A stretch of 62,918 bases of DNA, the filler included, from Octopus bimaculoides (Eukaryota): the NCBI RefSeq assembly GCF_001194135.2. It is 6 parts of 5 records of this genome, joined end to end, with 100 filler letters (N's around TTAATTAATTAA, not from the genome) between each part and the next. Parts side by side here need not be neighbours in the genome. Positions count along the whole stretch, not along the records: positions 45,323 to 62,918 come from NC_068982.1; 5 more parts are not named here. One strand, given 5' to 3'. The notes under the pieces were generated by a model. The model worked only from the letters and a program-made list of their open reading frames with translations. It made no database searches and had not been told where the DNA came from. The translations under genes and the position numbers were made by a program. Shown here piece by piece: positions 46,342 through 59,089 of this stretch. How positions within the stretch are numbered: the stretch's first letter is position 1; every line of letters starts with the position of its first letter.

Positions 46342-48925
46342 TTAATCAAACAGTTTTGCATAAATTTGATGATATTCTCCTATCATCTTATTCATACCTC
46401 CAGGGCGTGATGTTAATGACCCGCAAACATATTTCTCCTCATACATTCTGAGAAGTGGAAGTGAAGCAGATTCAGAATATTTTCTGAAAATATGCACTTT
46501 CAAGTCTTCTTCAAAATTGCAAACGCTTGAAACGAAATGTTCAACAAGTTCTGTCGAACTACTGTTATTGTGCCTGACGTCGAATCTGTGCCCATTAAAC
46601 CTTTTGTTTAATTTGTTCTGTTGTACAACCAACATAAATCAAGTTGTGTTTCGTGCATTCTGCAGCGTACACCAAATGGGAATCTTTACATGTTCCACCT
46701 TCTGTATAAATCATAACATTTCTGTTACTTCTGAACAGGGCTTACCACAATGAACAGGGCTTACTACAATGAACAGGGCTTACCACAATGAACAGGGCTT
46801 ACCTCTCTTGCGGTTGTTCTTTAAGGTACAACGTGCAGATACTCCAATGTTCGTTTTCTTGGAGTCAGAAATAGAGGTCAATAATTCTCTTATATTCTTA
46901 TTCTGTCTAAAGGCTACAATAGGCAGCTGAGGAAATATCTGTTTGAAACGAGGATAATTTTTCGCCACATGCAGGTAACTTTCATGCAACGCTTTTGAAA
47001 TGTCAGCGAAATTTCGATGCCAGCTAATCACTAAAGGAATTCTGTCATCTATTGTATTGTGTTTGCTAAAATTATGCGTGAAGGTTCGACTTTGCTAATC
47101 TTAGCTATTTCATTTGCTATTTTCTTTAATCGTGATTCACTGTAACCGCGTTTGACATAATGATATACAAAAGCATTTGCATGTTTCCAGTAATCCCTTA
47201 TGTCAATACAAATCCGTTTTATCCTCAAAAATTGAGATTTCAGATTTGACCGAATAAGATGATGTAGATGATCGGAGCAGTGGTGGAGATAAATGTGGGA
47301 TGACGTGGGCTTGCAAAATAACTCTGTCACTATTCTGCCTCCAGAAAACTTCACTTTTGTGTCCAAAAATTCAACGCTAGTTTTTGAAAAACGAGACATA
47401 AATTTTATGTTGGACTTAAAGCTCTAGCTTCTAGCATAACAGTCACAGAAATGCAAGAAGTCCATTAAACTATCCTGTGATCCTTCCCAGGCAAAAAATA
47501 CGTCATCAATGAACCGTAACCAGAGTATTGGTTCATGACCGTGTCTCGAATTTCGTTATGAAGACATTAGCGAAATTAACTGGCATGGTGCAACCCTTCG
47601 TCTGGTGGTTAAATCTTTGTCTAAACTTCATTGTGTTACTTTCTAGCACAAACCTCAATAATCTACTGAGAAAATTGTTTGACCGCTTTTGTTTGACCAT
47701 TTATGCTTCCACCTCTTCATTGTGGTCAATATTGGGATATCAGGAAGAAATATCCATGGTTACCAAAAAAAAAAAAAAAAAACTGTTCTCGACACAGCCT
47801 TGATGCTTAAAAAGGTTGATTTTAGATACAAAATCAAAGGTATCCTGAATATAGGAACTTGATCATTTTGCGACGGGGAGAAGAAAGCCATCCAGCCATT
47901 TCGAAATTTTGGCCGTGCAACATTCATATCCGCTGCAAATTGAACGCATTAGATGAAATCTTTCGAACTTTTTGTGTATTTTAGGGAGACCATAAAATAC
48001 AGGCATTCTTCTTTCTGACCGTAAAATCTTAGCTTCGGCATTATTAACGAAATTGATTTCCTCCATTTCCAGAATTATTTTGTCAAGTTCCTCTCTGTAA
48101 TTGGGGTTTGGATCGACATGTAATTCTTCATATGAAGTTTTGTCATTTAAAACTTCTTCACAAGCCGAAATATACTCACTTTTGTCCATAATTACGATAG
48201 CGCCTCCCTTATCCGCTATCTTAATAACAATAGAATCGTTATTAGCTAGACGTCGAAGTGCATAACGTTGGGAATTTGTGAGGTTATTCCAGGACTTCTT
48301 TCCGCTTGTTTTAAGGCTTTCTCTAATGCCTGCCTGACAAGATTTAGGAAATTCCAGTAGTGCTTGTGAATGTCCATCCCGAACTTTTCTGGATACCAAT
48401 TGGGATTCTTTTCAATCCAATTATGCCACATTCGATCATCATCATTTTTTATTTTCAGTAAGCATAGGGTTTTCTGACTCCTCGTTACCAGTTTTTTCAA
48501 AAAAAATATTCTTTCAGCTTGTGACGGCGGACAAACTGAAATAGCCCTAGTTTATTCTTGTCGAAATTTTTAGTGCTTGGGCAAAAACTCAGTCCAAGCT
48601 TTAAGATTGAGACATCGTCGGGCGAAAGTTTTAGTTTAGATAAATTTATGACCGACTTATTCTCTAGTGTGATGGTTTATCTCGGGCAAGTGGTTTTCAG
48701 AGTCTTACTTTCATTAGATTCCTGACTACTTTTGGGGCTTTTTGGGGGGAAATCTTCACTTAAAACACGGAACCTATTGGGTGATAAAATTTGTTCTGAA
48801 TGTTCATGTGAGAATTTATAATTTTTAGTCGTCTTTCTAGGGGTAATCCATTTCTGGGTGGGTGATAGAAAGTGAATGACTTCTGTCATTCCATCAACGT
48901 GTGGACGCTGGTTGCACTCGTTCAT
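46342..48925 (-). pseudogene. PLE polyprotein (RT + Cys-containing linker + GIY-YIG endonuclease; Neptune-like layout), several frameshifts and stops
   Basis: INLSKLKLSPDDVSILKLGLSFCP; IVIKIADKGGAIVIMDK; FYGLPKIHK; VTMDISS*YP; WLRFIDDVFFAW; EFLDTKV; CKPTSSHIYLH..S.H; IPLVISWH; PIVAFRQNKNIRELL; GGTCKDSHLVYAAECTKHNLIYVG; RFNGHRFD. Confidence 0.92.
46732..46803. repeat. 19-bp tandem repeat x~3.8 (tgaacagggcttac[c/t]acaa) inside the PLE linker
   Basis: Directly visible. The minus-strand unit encodes GKPCSL. Confidence 0.9.
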
Positions 48926-49097
48926 ACTTTACGTTTAGGTTTCTATAATTTTGAATTTTTATCACTTCTTATTTTGAACTTGACAAAGACAAACTTACTG
49001 TTGAAATATCGTTCAACTAATAAAAGATCTTACAATCGAATCGCGCTCTTCGTCTTGACTATTTACCTTTGTGAAGAGTTACGTCAATCCTTTTAAA

Positions 49098-49167
<70 letters not shown>
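49098..49167. repeat. (TAA)n microsatellite, right flank of the PLE
   Basis: Directly visible. Same orientation as the left tract. Confidence 0.95.
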
Positions 49168-49429
49168 GGCTGTTGTAGTTCGCTGGAAGCATTGTGTATT
49201 GTTTGTGAAATGTAACGTGTCTGGAATATACAATAATGCAGAGTGAATTATAATAACTGCTATAAATAACTTAATTATTCATAGTCTAATATAATTCGGA
49301 ATATAAAAATTCCTTTTTCAGATATTGCTAGGAAGTAATGGAATCACTGTAATAATGGTTAATGAAATTTGTCGGAAGCGTCTCTGCAGTGGTCTAACGA
49401 AGCTCCTTCCTGAACTCCTCATTAGAAGT

Positions 49430-50625
49430 GCGTGAGGGCGGTCATGTCATGTGTGTTGGCATATCCGCAGCGCTGCTCCCAAGTTATGTATTATACGTGC
49501 ATTTTTTTTACATGAGCATGTTACCATCATGTGTGCAGGGTGTCGATGTAGTTAAATAATACAGTGATTGCTAATTTTCAACCTGTTGTTAATTTGGGGT
49601 CCTCGTCTGTCTATGAGGATAGCCCCCTTAAATCTTAAATTTCTTATATTTCTGTCATTAGCCTCAATTGTAACTGTTATGTTTTTGTCGGCGTTCGGGC
49701 ATCTGTCTAGATGTTTTCTGAAGGAGGAGGCTCACGTGTTTAGATGGTCTTTGATGCAAATGTGTAACGGTCTTGTGCTACCCACAAAGAAATTGTTACA
49801 TTTGTTACATTGAATTCTATATACAACATTTACCCGTTGGCATAAATCTGTGTCACAGATGGGGCGGTTAGCTAGTGTGCATTGATTGCTGTCTCTTGCT
49901 AGTTTCTTTGCTAGGTGTCTTCTCAGAGAGGGGCCGGAGTGGACTAGTTGTATGTCTAATCCTTCTCTTCGGATGGCTGTAGCTATTCTCTCGCTAAAAT
50001 GGGGTGTTTTAAGGAAGCATGTGTTGCTGGGTTTTCTGTGTGTTTGGTGTGTTTGTCGTCTCGGGTACTTAAGCCAATTTACAATGGATATTGGGTACAC
50101 ATTGGTTTTCAATACCTCTAGGAAGCGTGTGATATGGGTCACTTTTTCCTCTGTCCTGTTGCACTTGCTCTGGATGCGTGTAAGTTCATTTCTGACGCAT
50201 CCTATTTTGGCACCGAGTGGAAGGGCTGAATTGCAGTGAACAAACATATGTCTACTGGCTGCTTTCATGTAGAATTCGGTGTGGATCACTCCTTCCATTA
50301 TTTTCAATTGGAAGTTGAGAAGCGATAGGAATCCAGTGCTGTCGGGATGGTCTATAGTGAACCGTATGTTTATGCCTATGTCGTTGATGTAAGCATGAGG
50401 ATGTCATCTACGTACCTGGTGAAGAAGGCACATGAGTGGCAGATGTTGAGTGCTCGGCGGAGACTTGTTGTCTGCTTCTATGTGTGATTATTGAAAGAGA
50501 AGTAGGTGTTGTCTACGATGATGGACAATAGTTGATGTGTATCAGTTGCATGAGTCCGAAGCAGTGGATGTCGGACGCTAGTATGCAATCAGTCAATAGG
50601 TTGACAGCGACCAGCAAGTTCGAGG
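49430..50625 (-). mobile_element. Second PLE (Penelope/Poseidon-like) 3' half: RT + GIY-YIG
   Basis: LLSIIVDNTYFSFNN; FTRYVDDILML; IRFTIDHPDSTGFLSLL; ORF 49732-50307 EFYMKAASRHMFVHCNSALP..NVVYRIQCNKCNNFFVGSTRPLHICIKDHL. Interrupted at the 5' side by a SINE B. Confidence 0.88.
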
Positions 50626-50626
50626 G

Positions 50627-50800
50627 AGGGAGTAAATCGATTACATCGTCTCCAGTGCTCAACTGATACTCAACTCTGAAAGAATGAAAGGCATAGTCCA
50701 CCTCGGCGAAATTTGAACTCGAACGTAAAGATGGACGAAATTCGCCAAGAATTTTGCCCAGTATGCTAACGATTCTGCTAGCATTAGCCATTACATTCCC
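50627..50800 (-). mobile_element. SINE family B
   Basis: tcgattacatcg..ccagtgctcaactg..gaatgaaaggcatagtccacctcggcgaaatttgaactcgaacg..gctaacgattctgc. Confidence 0.8.
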
Positions 50801-51399
50801 GCGCCACCAGTTCGCCATCACAACTCTCATCATCAACACTACAATCAGCATTACCAGCTTCACTACTATGATAGAGTTAGTCAGTCGCGCAAGAAAACTT
50901 GTACAAACGAGCATTCACCTTTCTTAGTATGCAAAAATACACACATACAATTTAATTGAACTAGACCTATTGTTTTGAACTACAGATGTAGTTGGGTCGG
51001 TGGAGGACGATTTAAGTACATTATAAATACATGATTATATACACACTATTCACATAGACACTCACACACAATTATAGAAACATATAAGTTAAAAGCAAGC
51101 GTAAAGTTATGTTATAGGGTTGCAGATAGATGACAGAGTCGATGTACCTATCGGAGAAGGACCGACATTTCGGATTATGTCATCAGCAGCTGGTACTGTG
51201 TCTATGCCCGAAATATTTCAGTCATCATAAATTCAGTTTACCTAAGTAATAATTTCTTTTAGTGTTTCTCTTAAAATAAATGCAGTTGTATATTTATATA
51301 TTTTGTGTCAAGCAAAGTGAGATAATTCCAATCTCATCAGCAATACTCTCCATGGTTACAATACACGTACAAATGTAGATACACTCCCATGCACACGTA

Positions 51400-52230
51400 C
51401 ACACACACACGTCAGGCAATGAACAGAAAAAGAAGACAATGCAGGAGGGGAAAATGTTGTATTAGTTTAAGGCTTAAAAGAAGGGGAAGAGCCTTGGCGC
51501 TTCGGACATAAGTCCTTTACCAGAAAAATAGAAGACTGAGAAAAGGTGATTGGGGAAAAGAAGAGAAAAGGGTTAGGGGTGAGATGGGAATGCAGTTTTA
51601 TGGGGGGAGTTCAGAAGGGAGGAGGTGGGGTGATGTGTGCATATATAGGAGAGTGTCCACGTATGGAGATAAGCAGAAGGGGAGGTGTGTGTATGGTAGT
51701 ATGGGGGGTGGGTATTTAAAAATAGATATAATAAGAATATTTTTTTTACTGGACTGTTTTATGTGTCTAAGTATTTTAGATGCGCTATTGGTAATAAAGA
51801 TTATATAAAGTTTGGAAGATCAATTGGCTATAATATTTCACCCCAAATATATGAAGCATTGTATCAATGTTGGGAATCAATATTTACGAAAAATTGTGGC
51901 CGAACATTCTTCGATATGCACAATGGTTGTGTTTTGGTGCTGTTGAATAAAACAAAGTTATAGGATTTTTATTGATAAAAAGATTTCAGTGAATTTATTC
52001 ATGTCTGGTGAAGTCTATTACGATCCACATACATGATTCACGTTTGCAAATACTTATAAGAGGAGTGAGATGTAATAACATTTCCAAAAGATTAAGTAGG
52101 AATAAATCATTGATGTCAGAAGAGTTTGAGAAGGTAAGCTTTTCTATTTTTATAGAAAACTATTTTTATTTCTCTAGAAAAACTTCGTATGACAGAGATA
52201 AGGAACGGCTTGGATAGACAGAGCCCCTTT
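51400..52230 (-). mobile_element. Highly degraded PLE remnant with a pyrimidine-rich 3'UTR and HHR-like hairpin
   Basis: Broken frames LTFSNSSD..FL and SYKYLQ/ESC resemble the PLE F....S...FLD and YL...SCH motifs. Minus strand 51495-51525 reads CTGGTAA-a-GGAC(ttat)GTCC-GAAGCG. Confidence 0.35.
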
Positions 52231-52511
52231 AGGGAGCAGTTTCACTAGATATTCATTGCATCAACACAGTCAATGACTTTGCTCATATCGTGAGTAACAA
52301 CTTGGCTTTCACGAGCTTTTCAAGCGCAAGCAACAATTAATTGTATGACGTAAGAAAACAAACAAATGTTTAATTAATCTTGTCACTGAATAGGTAACAG
52401 AACATCATCACCTTTCAGGTTTGGAAGTGCGCACGGCAGGCTGGTTGTTAGTGCTGGTAATATGAAATGTTGCCTTTCTTGGGGATGTGGGTACACAGTC
52501 ATGCGCTAGGG

Positions 52512-52574
<63 letters not shown>

Positions 52575-53654
52575 GTCTGTCTGTCTACAATTATATATAT
52601 ATGTATATACAAATATATNNNNNNNNNNNNNNNNNNNNNNNNNNNNNNNNNNNNNNNNNNNNNNNNNNNNNNNNNNNNNNNNNNNNNNNNNNNNNNNNNN
52701 NNNNNNNNNNNNNNNNNNNNNNNNNNNNNNNNNNNNNNNNNNNNNNNNNNNNNNNNNNNNNNNNNNNNNNNNNNNNNNNNNNNNNNNNNNNNNNNNNNNN
52801 NNNNNNNNNNNNNNNNNNNNNNNNNNNNNNNNNNNNNNNNNNNNNNNNNNNNNNNNNNNNNNNNNNNNNNNNNNNNNNNNNNNNNNNNNNNNNNNNNNNN
52901 NNNNNNNNNNNNNNNNNNNNNNNNNNNNNNNNNNNNNNNNNNNNNNNNNNNNNNNNNNNNNNNNNNNNNNNNNNNNNNNNNNNNNNNNNNNNNNNNNNNN
53001 NNNNNNNNNNNNNNNNNNNNNNNNNNNNNNNNNNNNNNNNNNNNNNNNNNNNNNNNNNNNNNNNNNNNNNNNNNNNNNNNNNNNNNNNNNNNNNNNNNNN
53101 NNNNNNNNNNNNNNNNNNNNNNNNNNNNNNNNNNNNNNNNNNNNNNNNNNNNNNNNNNNNNNNNNNNNNNNNNNNNNNNNNNNNNNNNNNNNNNNNNNNN
53201 NNNNNNNNNNNNNNNNNNNNNNNNNNNNNNNNNNNNNNNNNNNNNNNNNNNNNNNNNNNNNNNNNNNNNNNNNNNNNNNNNNNNNNNNNNNNNNNNNNNN
53301 NNNNNNNNNNNNNNNNNNNNNNNNNNNNNNNNNNNNNNNNNNNNNNNNNNNNNNNNNNNNNNNNNNNNNNNNNNNNNNNNNNNNNNNNNNNNNNNNNNNN
53401 NNNNNNNNNNNNNNNNNNNNNNNNNNNNNGGAACAGATTGTTTGAGTAGGAATACTGTCTAGACCGGTTATTTTTATGGGCTTAAATGATCGAAATCTGA
53501 CACTTTTTTAACATGTGGTCTCATAACACGGCTATTATTCATATTTTCGACTTGCTCTTTGTTAAAAACAAGCAGGAAACATTCTTAGCTTTTGATCTTT
53601 GTTATCTGAAATGTTATTCAGGATTTTCTTTTATTGTAAATAAATAAATAAGTG

Positions 53655-54010
53655 AACAAAACAAAGCAAAAATCCCTCTGTAAAACAGAGACGTCGTGGA
53701 AAGCTGAGTCGTGGTGTCCTGCTTTTGTAAGACAATGCACCAGCACACCCAGCACGTGAAATTTTACGGTAAATACGCGACTTTGGCCTCGAATCGGTAG
53801 ACTGCCCACCTTACTCTCCTGACTTGGCTCTCTCTTTCTAAAAACCGAAGAAACATCTTAAGGGAACGAAATTTCACTCCGTTTCGAAAGTGATCGCTGC
53901 TACAGAGTTCCTGGTTGGAGGCCCAACCTTCCGAGTTCTTTTTTCAGCAAAGCTGAAGAACCGCTGCAATAACTGTATGAACCTGAGAAGGGGATATGTT
54001 GAATAAAATT
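53655..54010 (+). mobile_element. Mariner transposase C-terminal remnant
   Basis: KQRRRGKLSRGVLLL*DNAPAH; DCPPYSPDLA; KKHLKGTKF; RCNNCMNLRRGYVE*. Confidence 0.8.
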
Positions 54011-55429
54011 GTGACAAATTTTGATATTCTTTCATTCTTTTATTCTTTTATTGTTTCAGTCATTTGACTCTGGCCATACTGGAGCACCACCTCGGTCGAA
54101 CAGTCGACCCCAGGACCTATTCATTGTAAACCTAGTACTTATTCGATCGGTGTCTTTTGCCGAACAGCTAGTTACGGGGACGTAAATACAGACACAAAGA
54201 CACACACNNNNNNNNNNNNNNNNNNNNNNNNNNNNNNNNNNNNNNNNNNNNNNNNNNNNNNNNNNNNNNNNNNNNNNNNNNNNNNNNNNNNNNNNNNNNN
54301 NNNNNNNNNNNNNNNNNNNNNNNNNNNNNNNNNNNNNNNNNNNNNNNNNNNNNNNNNNNNNNNNNNNNNNNNNNNNNNNNNNNNNNNNNNNNNNNNNNNN
54401 NNNNNNNNNNNNNNNNNNNNNNNNNNNNNNNNNNNNNNNNNNNNNNNNNNNNNNNNNNNNNNNNNNNNNNNNNNNNNNNNNNNNNNNNNNNNNNNNNNNN
54501 NNNNNNNNNNNNNNNNNNNNNNNNNNNNNNNNNNNNNNNNNNNNNNNNNNNNNNNNNNNNNNNNNNNNNNNNNNNNNNNNNNNNNNNNNNNNNNNNNNNN
54601 NNNNNNNNNNNNNNNNNNNNNNNNNNNNNNNNNNNNNNNNNNNNNNNNNNNNNNNNNNNNNNNNNNNNNNNNNNNNNNNNNNNNNNNNNNNNNNNNNNNN
54701 NNNNNNNNNNNNNNNNNNNNNNNNNNNNNNNNNNNNNNNNNNNNNNNNNNNNNNNNNNNNNNNNNNNNNNNNNNNNNNNNNNNNNNNNNNNNNNNNNNNN
54801 NNNNNNNNNNNNNNNNNNNNNNNNNNNNNNNNNNNNNNNNNNNNNNNNNNNNNNNNNNNNNNNNNNNNNNNNNNNNNNNNNNNNNNNNNNNNNNNNNNNN
54901 NNNNNNNNNNNNNNNNNNNNNNNNNNNNNNNNNNNNNNNNNNNNNNNNNNNNNNNNNNNNNNNNNNNNNNNNNNNNNNNNNNNNNNNNNNNNNNNNNNNN
55001 NNNNNNNNNNNNNNNNNNNNNNNNNNNNNNNNNNNNNNNNNNNNNNNNNNNNNNNNNNNNNNNNNNNNNNNNNNNNNNNNNNNNNNNNNNNNNNNNNNNN
55101 NNNNNNNNNNNNNNNNNNNNNNNNNNNNNNNNNNNNNNNNNNNNNNNNNNNNNNNNNNNNNNNNNNNNNNNNNNNNNNNNNNNNNNNNATGCATACATAT
55201 ACGATGGGCTTCTTTCAGTTCCTGAATACAGTATCCACTCACAAGGCTTTGGTCAGTTCGGGGCTATATTAGAAGATAATAGCCTAAGGTACTACGTTGC
55301 GGGTCTGAATTCGGGATCCATATGGTTGCAAAAGAGCTTCTTAACTACACAGCCTTTGCCTGGACGAATGCTTCATTAGTTTGCTGTGCAGAATTCAACT
55401 CCGTCCGTGGATATGTACGGCCATAGCAG

Positions 55430-55957
55430 ATGTTTTATCCTGTTAGTCTCTTATCTACGAAGTTTCGTTCCCAGAAGTCAGCTGGAAAGATTCTGGCATC
55501 AGTGTTCTGGGACAAAGACGGAGTACTCCTCATAAAATAACTGCAGTAAAAGCAGAAATGTCGTGGAAAGCTGAGCCATGGTATCCTGTTTTTGCAGGAC
55601 AATGCACTAACACACACAGCACATGAAAGTCTACGGAAAATACACGACTTTGGCTTCGAATCGGTAGACTACCCGCCTTAATCTCCTGACTTAGCTCCTT
55701 CTGATTATCACCTCTTTCCACAACTGAAGAAACATCTCAAGGGAACGAAATTTTGCTCCTATTCAGGAGTCATTGCTGCGACAGATACCTGGTTGGATGC
55801 CCGACCTTCCGAGTTCGTTTTACAGGGTTTAGAAAATCTGAAGAACCGCTGCAATAACTGTGAATCTGAGAGGGTAATATGTTGAATAGTCATAATTAAC
55901 TGATCCGCCTATATTTTCTGTTATCCAAAGCTAGGAACTTTTCAGCAACCCCTAGTA
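55430..55957 (+). mobile_element. Mariner (DD34D-like) remnant with right TIR
   Basis: KFRSQKSAGKILASVFWDKDGVLLI; KCRGKLSHGILFLQDNALTH; YPP*SPDLAPSDYHLFPQLKKHLKGTKF. Ends ggaacttttcagcaacccctagTA. Confidence 0.88.
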
Positions 55958-57404
55958 GTTATTCAAAGACAGGTGCTCATGTTTGAACCATAATCTCGAT
56001 CCTCAGTCACCTTCGACGAAAAAAGTGTGATATTACACAGGGAGAAGAAATATTTTAAAGTTTCATTAGAGAATGTAAGCAAAGAGTCTTCTCGCGGCAA
56101 AATATTCCGTCTTTTTTAAAGAACTGACCTTGACTGACAACACGCACCCAGGCGGGTTCATGCGTACATGGTCACAGACATATGCATGTATACATGCACA
56201 CGGGAGCGTTCGCATAAAAATAACATTACTTAACCACAAACACACACACACACGTACTCTCTCTTTCTCTCTCTTTCTCTCCCTCTCTTTCTCTCTCACA
56301 CTTCCTCTCTCTTTCTCTCTCTCACTTCGTCTCTCTCGCACGCACGCACGAACGCGCACACACACACACACACATACACACATTTGGAATTGGTTACCAG
56401 CTGTTTCGAATACACACATAGTCATACACTCGTACCCATACACACATAGACACACGTGCACGTACACATACATATATACAAAAAGATGGATACAAACAGA
56501 CACACAACACAAACACACACAACAAACAAGCGTATAAATGCATGACATTGACCACAAGTACTTTCAGGTGGGGAGCAACAAACACACACACACACATACA
56601 TGCACACACACACACACACACACACACACNNNNNNNNNNNNNNNNNNNNNNNNNNNNNNNNNNNNNNNNNNNNNNNNNNNNNNNNNNNNNNNNNNNNNNN
56701 NNNNNNNNNNNNNNNNNNNNNNNNNNNNNNNNNNNNNNNNNNNNNNNNNNNNNNNNNNNNNNNNNNNNNNNNNNNNNNNNNNNNNNNNNNNNNNNNNNNN
56801 NNNNNNNNNNNNNNNNNNNNNNNNNNNNNNNNNNNNNNNNNNNNNNNNNNNNNNNNNNNNNNNNNNNNNNNNNNNNNNNNNNNNNNNNNNNNNNNNNNNN
56901 NNNNNNNNNNNNNNNNNNNNNNNNNNNNNNNNNNNNNNNNNNNNNNNNNNNNNNNNNNNNNNNNNNNNNNNNNNNNNNNNNNNNNNNNNNNNNNNNNNNN
57001 NNNNNNNNNNNNNNNNNNNNNNNNNNNNNNNNNNNNNNNNNNNNNNNNNNNNNNNNNNNNNNNNNNNNNNNNNNNNNNNNNNNNNNNNNNNNNNNNNNNN
57101 NNNNNNNNNNNNNNNNNNNNNNNNNNNNNNNNNNNNNNNNNNNNNNNNNNNNNNNNNNNNNNNNNNNNNNNNNNNNNNNNNNNNNNNNNNNNNNNNNNNN
57201 NNNNNNNNNNNNNNNNNNNNNNNNNNNNNNNNNNNNNNNNNNNNNNNNNNNNNNNNNNNNNNNNNNNNNNNNNNNNNNNNNNNNNNNNNNNNNNNNNNNN
57301 NNNNNNNNNNNNNNNNNNNNNNNNNNNNNNNNNNNNNNNNNNNNNNNNNNNNNNNNNNNNNNNNNNNNNNNNNNNNNNNNNNNNNNNNNNNNNNNNNNNN
57401 NNNN

Positions 57405-57880
57405 CTTTAAAACTCCTCTGGTATTTGGCATTTGGTGAATGAGGGAGTTTGATGTTGCTGCCCTCATCTGTGTTTCCTGCTTGAGGTAGGCTCATTTGTG
57501 ACCGGAGGAGATCCAGATTTGTTTTGAAGACACCAACATCCAGACCATGCAGGTCTCTCAGGCATTTTGGGAGGATATTGAAGAGCTGTGGGCCCTTGAA
57601 GTCCAAGCTGTTGTAGTATCTGGTCCTGTATTTTGATGGTGATGCTGGAATCTTTGGCACTATGCAGTGGTGACCCATCCTGCTGGTTGTGTGACATTTT
57701 TCAATACCAAAGTTTGGTACACGGCCTTCCAAGATTTTCCAGATGCATATCACTACATATCTTTCCCGCCTTCGTTCTAGGAAGAGGAGTTTCAATTCTT
57801 TCAGTCTTTCCCAGTAGCTGATACGTTGCATTAAGACAATTTTCTTTGTGTAACATCGTTGCAACAGCTGAATATTCATA
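57405..57880 (-). mobile_element. CR1-group LINE 3' fragment
   Basis: LLQRCYTKKIVLMQRISYWERLKELKLLFLERRRERYVVICIWKILEGRVPNFGIE..LDFKGPQLFNILPKCLRDL. Confidence 0.9.
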
Positions 57881-57901
57881 CGTCGTCTTGGACGGGAAAG
57901 T

Positions 57902-57932
<31 letters not shown>

Positions 57933-59089
57933 CTGTAAATATAATATGTGACAATTATACGGTAGCCATGATAAAACTCCGAGTTTCGGNNNNNNNNNNN
58001 NNNNNNNNNNNNNNNNNNNNNNNNNNNNNNNNNNNNNNNNNNNNNNNNNNNNNNNNNNNNNNNNNNNNNNNNNNNNNNNNNNNNNNNNNNNNNNNNNNNN
58101 NNNNNNNNNNNNNNNNNNNNNNNNNNNNNNNNNNNNNNNNNNNNNNNNNNNNNNNNNNNNNNNNNNNNNNNNNNNNNNNNNNNNNNNNNNNNNNNNNNNN
58201 NNNNNNNNNNNNNNNNNNNNNNNNNNNNNNNNNNNNNNNNNNNNNNNNNNNNNNNNNNNNNNNNNNNNNNNNNNNNNNNNNNNNNNNNNNNNNNNNNNNN
58301 NNNNNNNNNNNNNNNNNNNNNNNNNNNNNNNNNNNNNNNNNNNNNNNNNNNNNNNNNNNNNNNNNNNNNNNNNNNNNNNNNNNNNNNNNNNNNNNNNNNN
58401 NNNNNNNNNNNNNNNNNNNNNNNNNNNNNNNNNNNNNNNNNNNNNNNNNNNNNNNNNNNNNNNNNNNNNNNNNNNNNNNNNNNNNNNNNNNNNNNNNNNN
58501 NNNNNNNNNNNNNNNNNNNNNNNNNNNNNNNNNNNNNNNNNNNNNNNNNNNNNNNNNNNNNNNNNNNNNNNNNNNNNNNNNNNNNNNNNNNNNNNNNNNN
58601 NNNNNNNNNNNNNNNNNNNNNNNNNNNNNNNNNNNNNNNNNNNNNNNNNNNNNNNNNNNNNNNNNNNNNNNNNNNNNNNNNNNNNNNNNNNNNNNNNNNN
58701 NNNNNNNNNNNNNNNNNNNNNNNNNNNNNNNNNNNNNNNNNNNNNNNNNNNNNNNNNNNNNNNNNNNNNNNNNNNNNNNNNNNNNNNNNNNNNNNNNNNN
58801 NNNNNNNNNNNNNNNNNNNNNNNNNNNNNNNNNNNNNNNNNNNNNNNNNNNNNNNNNNNNNNNNNNNNNNNNNNNNNNNNNNNNNNNNNNNNNNNNNNNN
58901 NNNNNNNNNNNNNNNNNNNNNNNNNNNNNNNNNNNNNNNNNNNNNNNNNNNACGTACGTACGTATGTATGTATGTATGTATGTATGTATGTATGTATGTA
59001 TGTATGTATGTACGTACGAATACGTGCAGATTTGTATATTTTGTTTTATGTATGTCTTCTCATGCATAGACTTGCATATCTAGATATTC

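Larger units (their letters stand above)
46047..49063 (-). mobile_element. Near-full-length Penelope-like retroelement bounded by ~175-bp inverted repeats
   Basis: The IRs at 46047-46222 and 48890-49063 are ~90% identical by eye. They enclose a disrupted RT + C-terminal GIY-YIG ORF. Confidence 0.92.

Noticed and set aside
46342-48925. In-frame TGA as selenocysteine (Naiad-like PLE)
   Set aside because: The endonuclease is C-terminal rather than permuted, the stops are mixed types, frameshifts are present and no SECIS was recognised.
49370-49430. Hammerhead in the 3'UTR of the second PLE (minus strand CTAATGAG..GAGACGCTTC)
   Set aside because: Both core boxes are altered and stem I does not pair.
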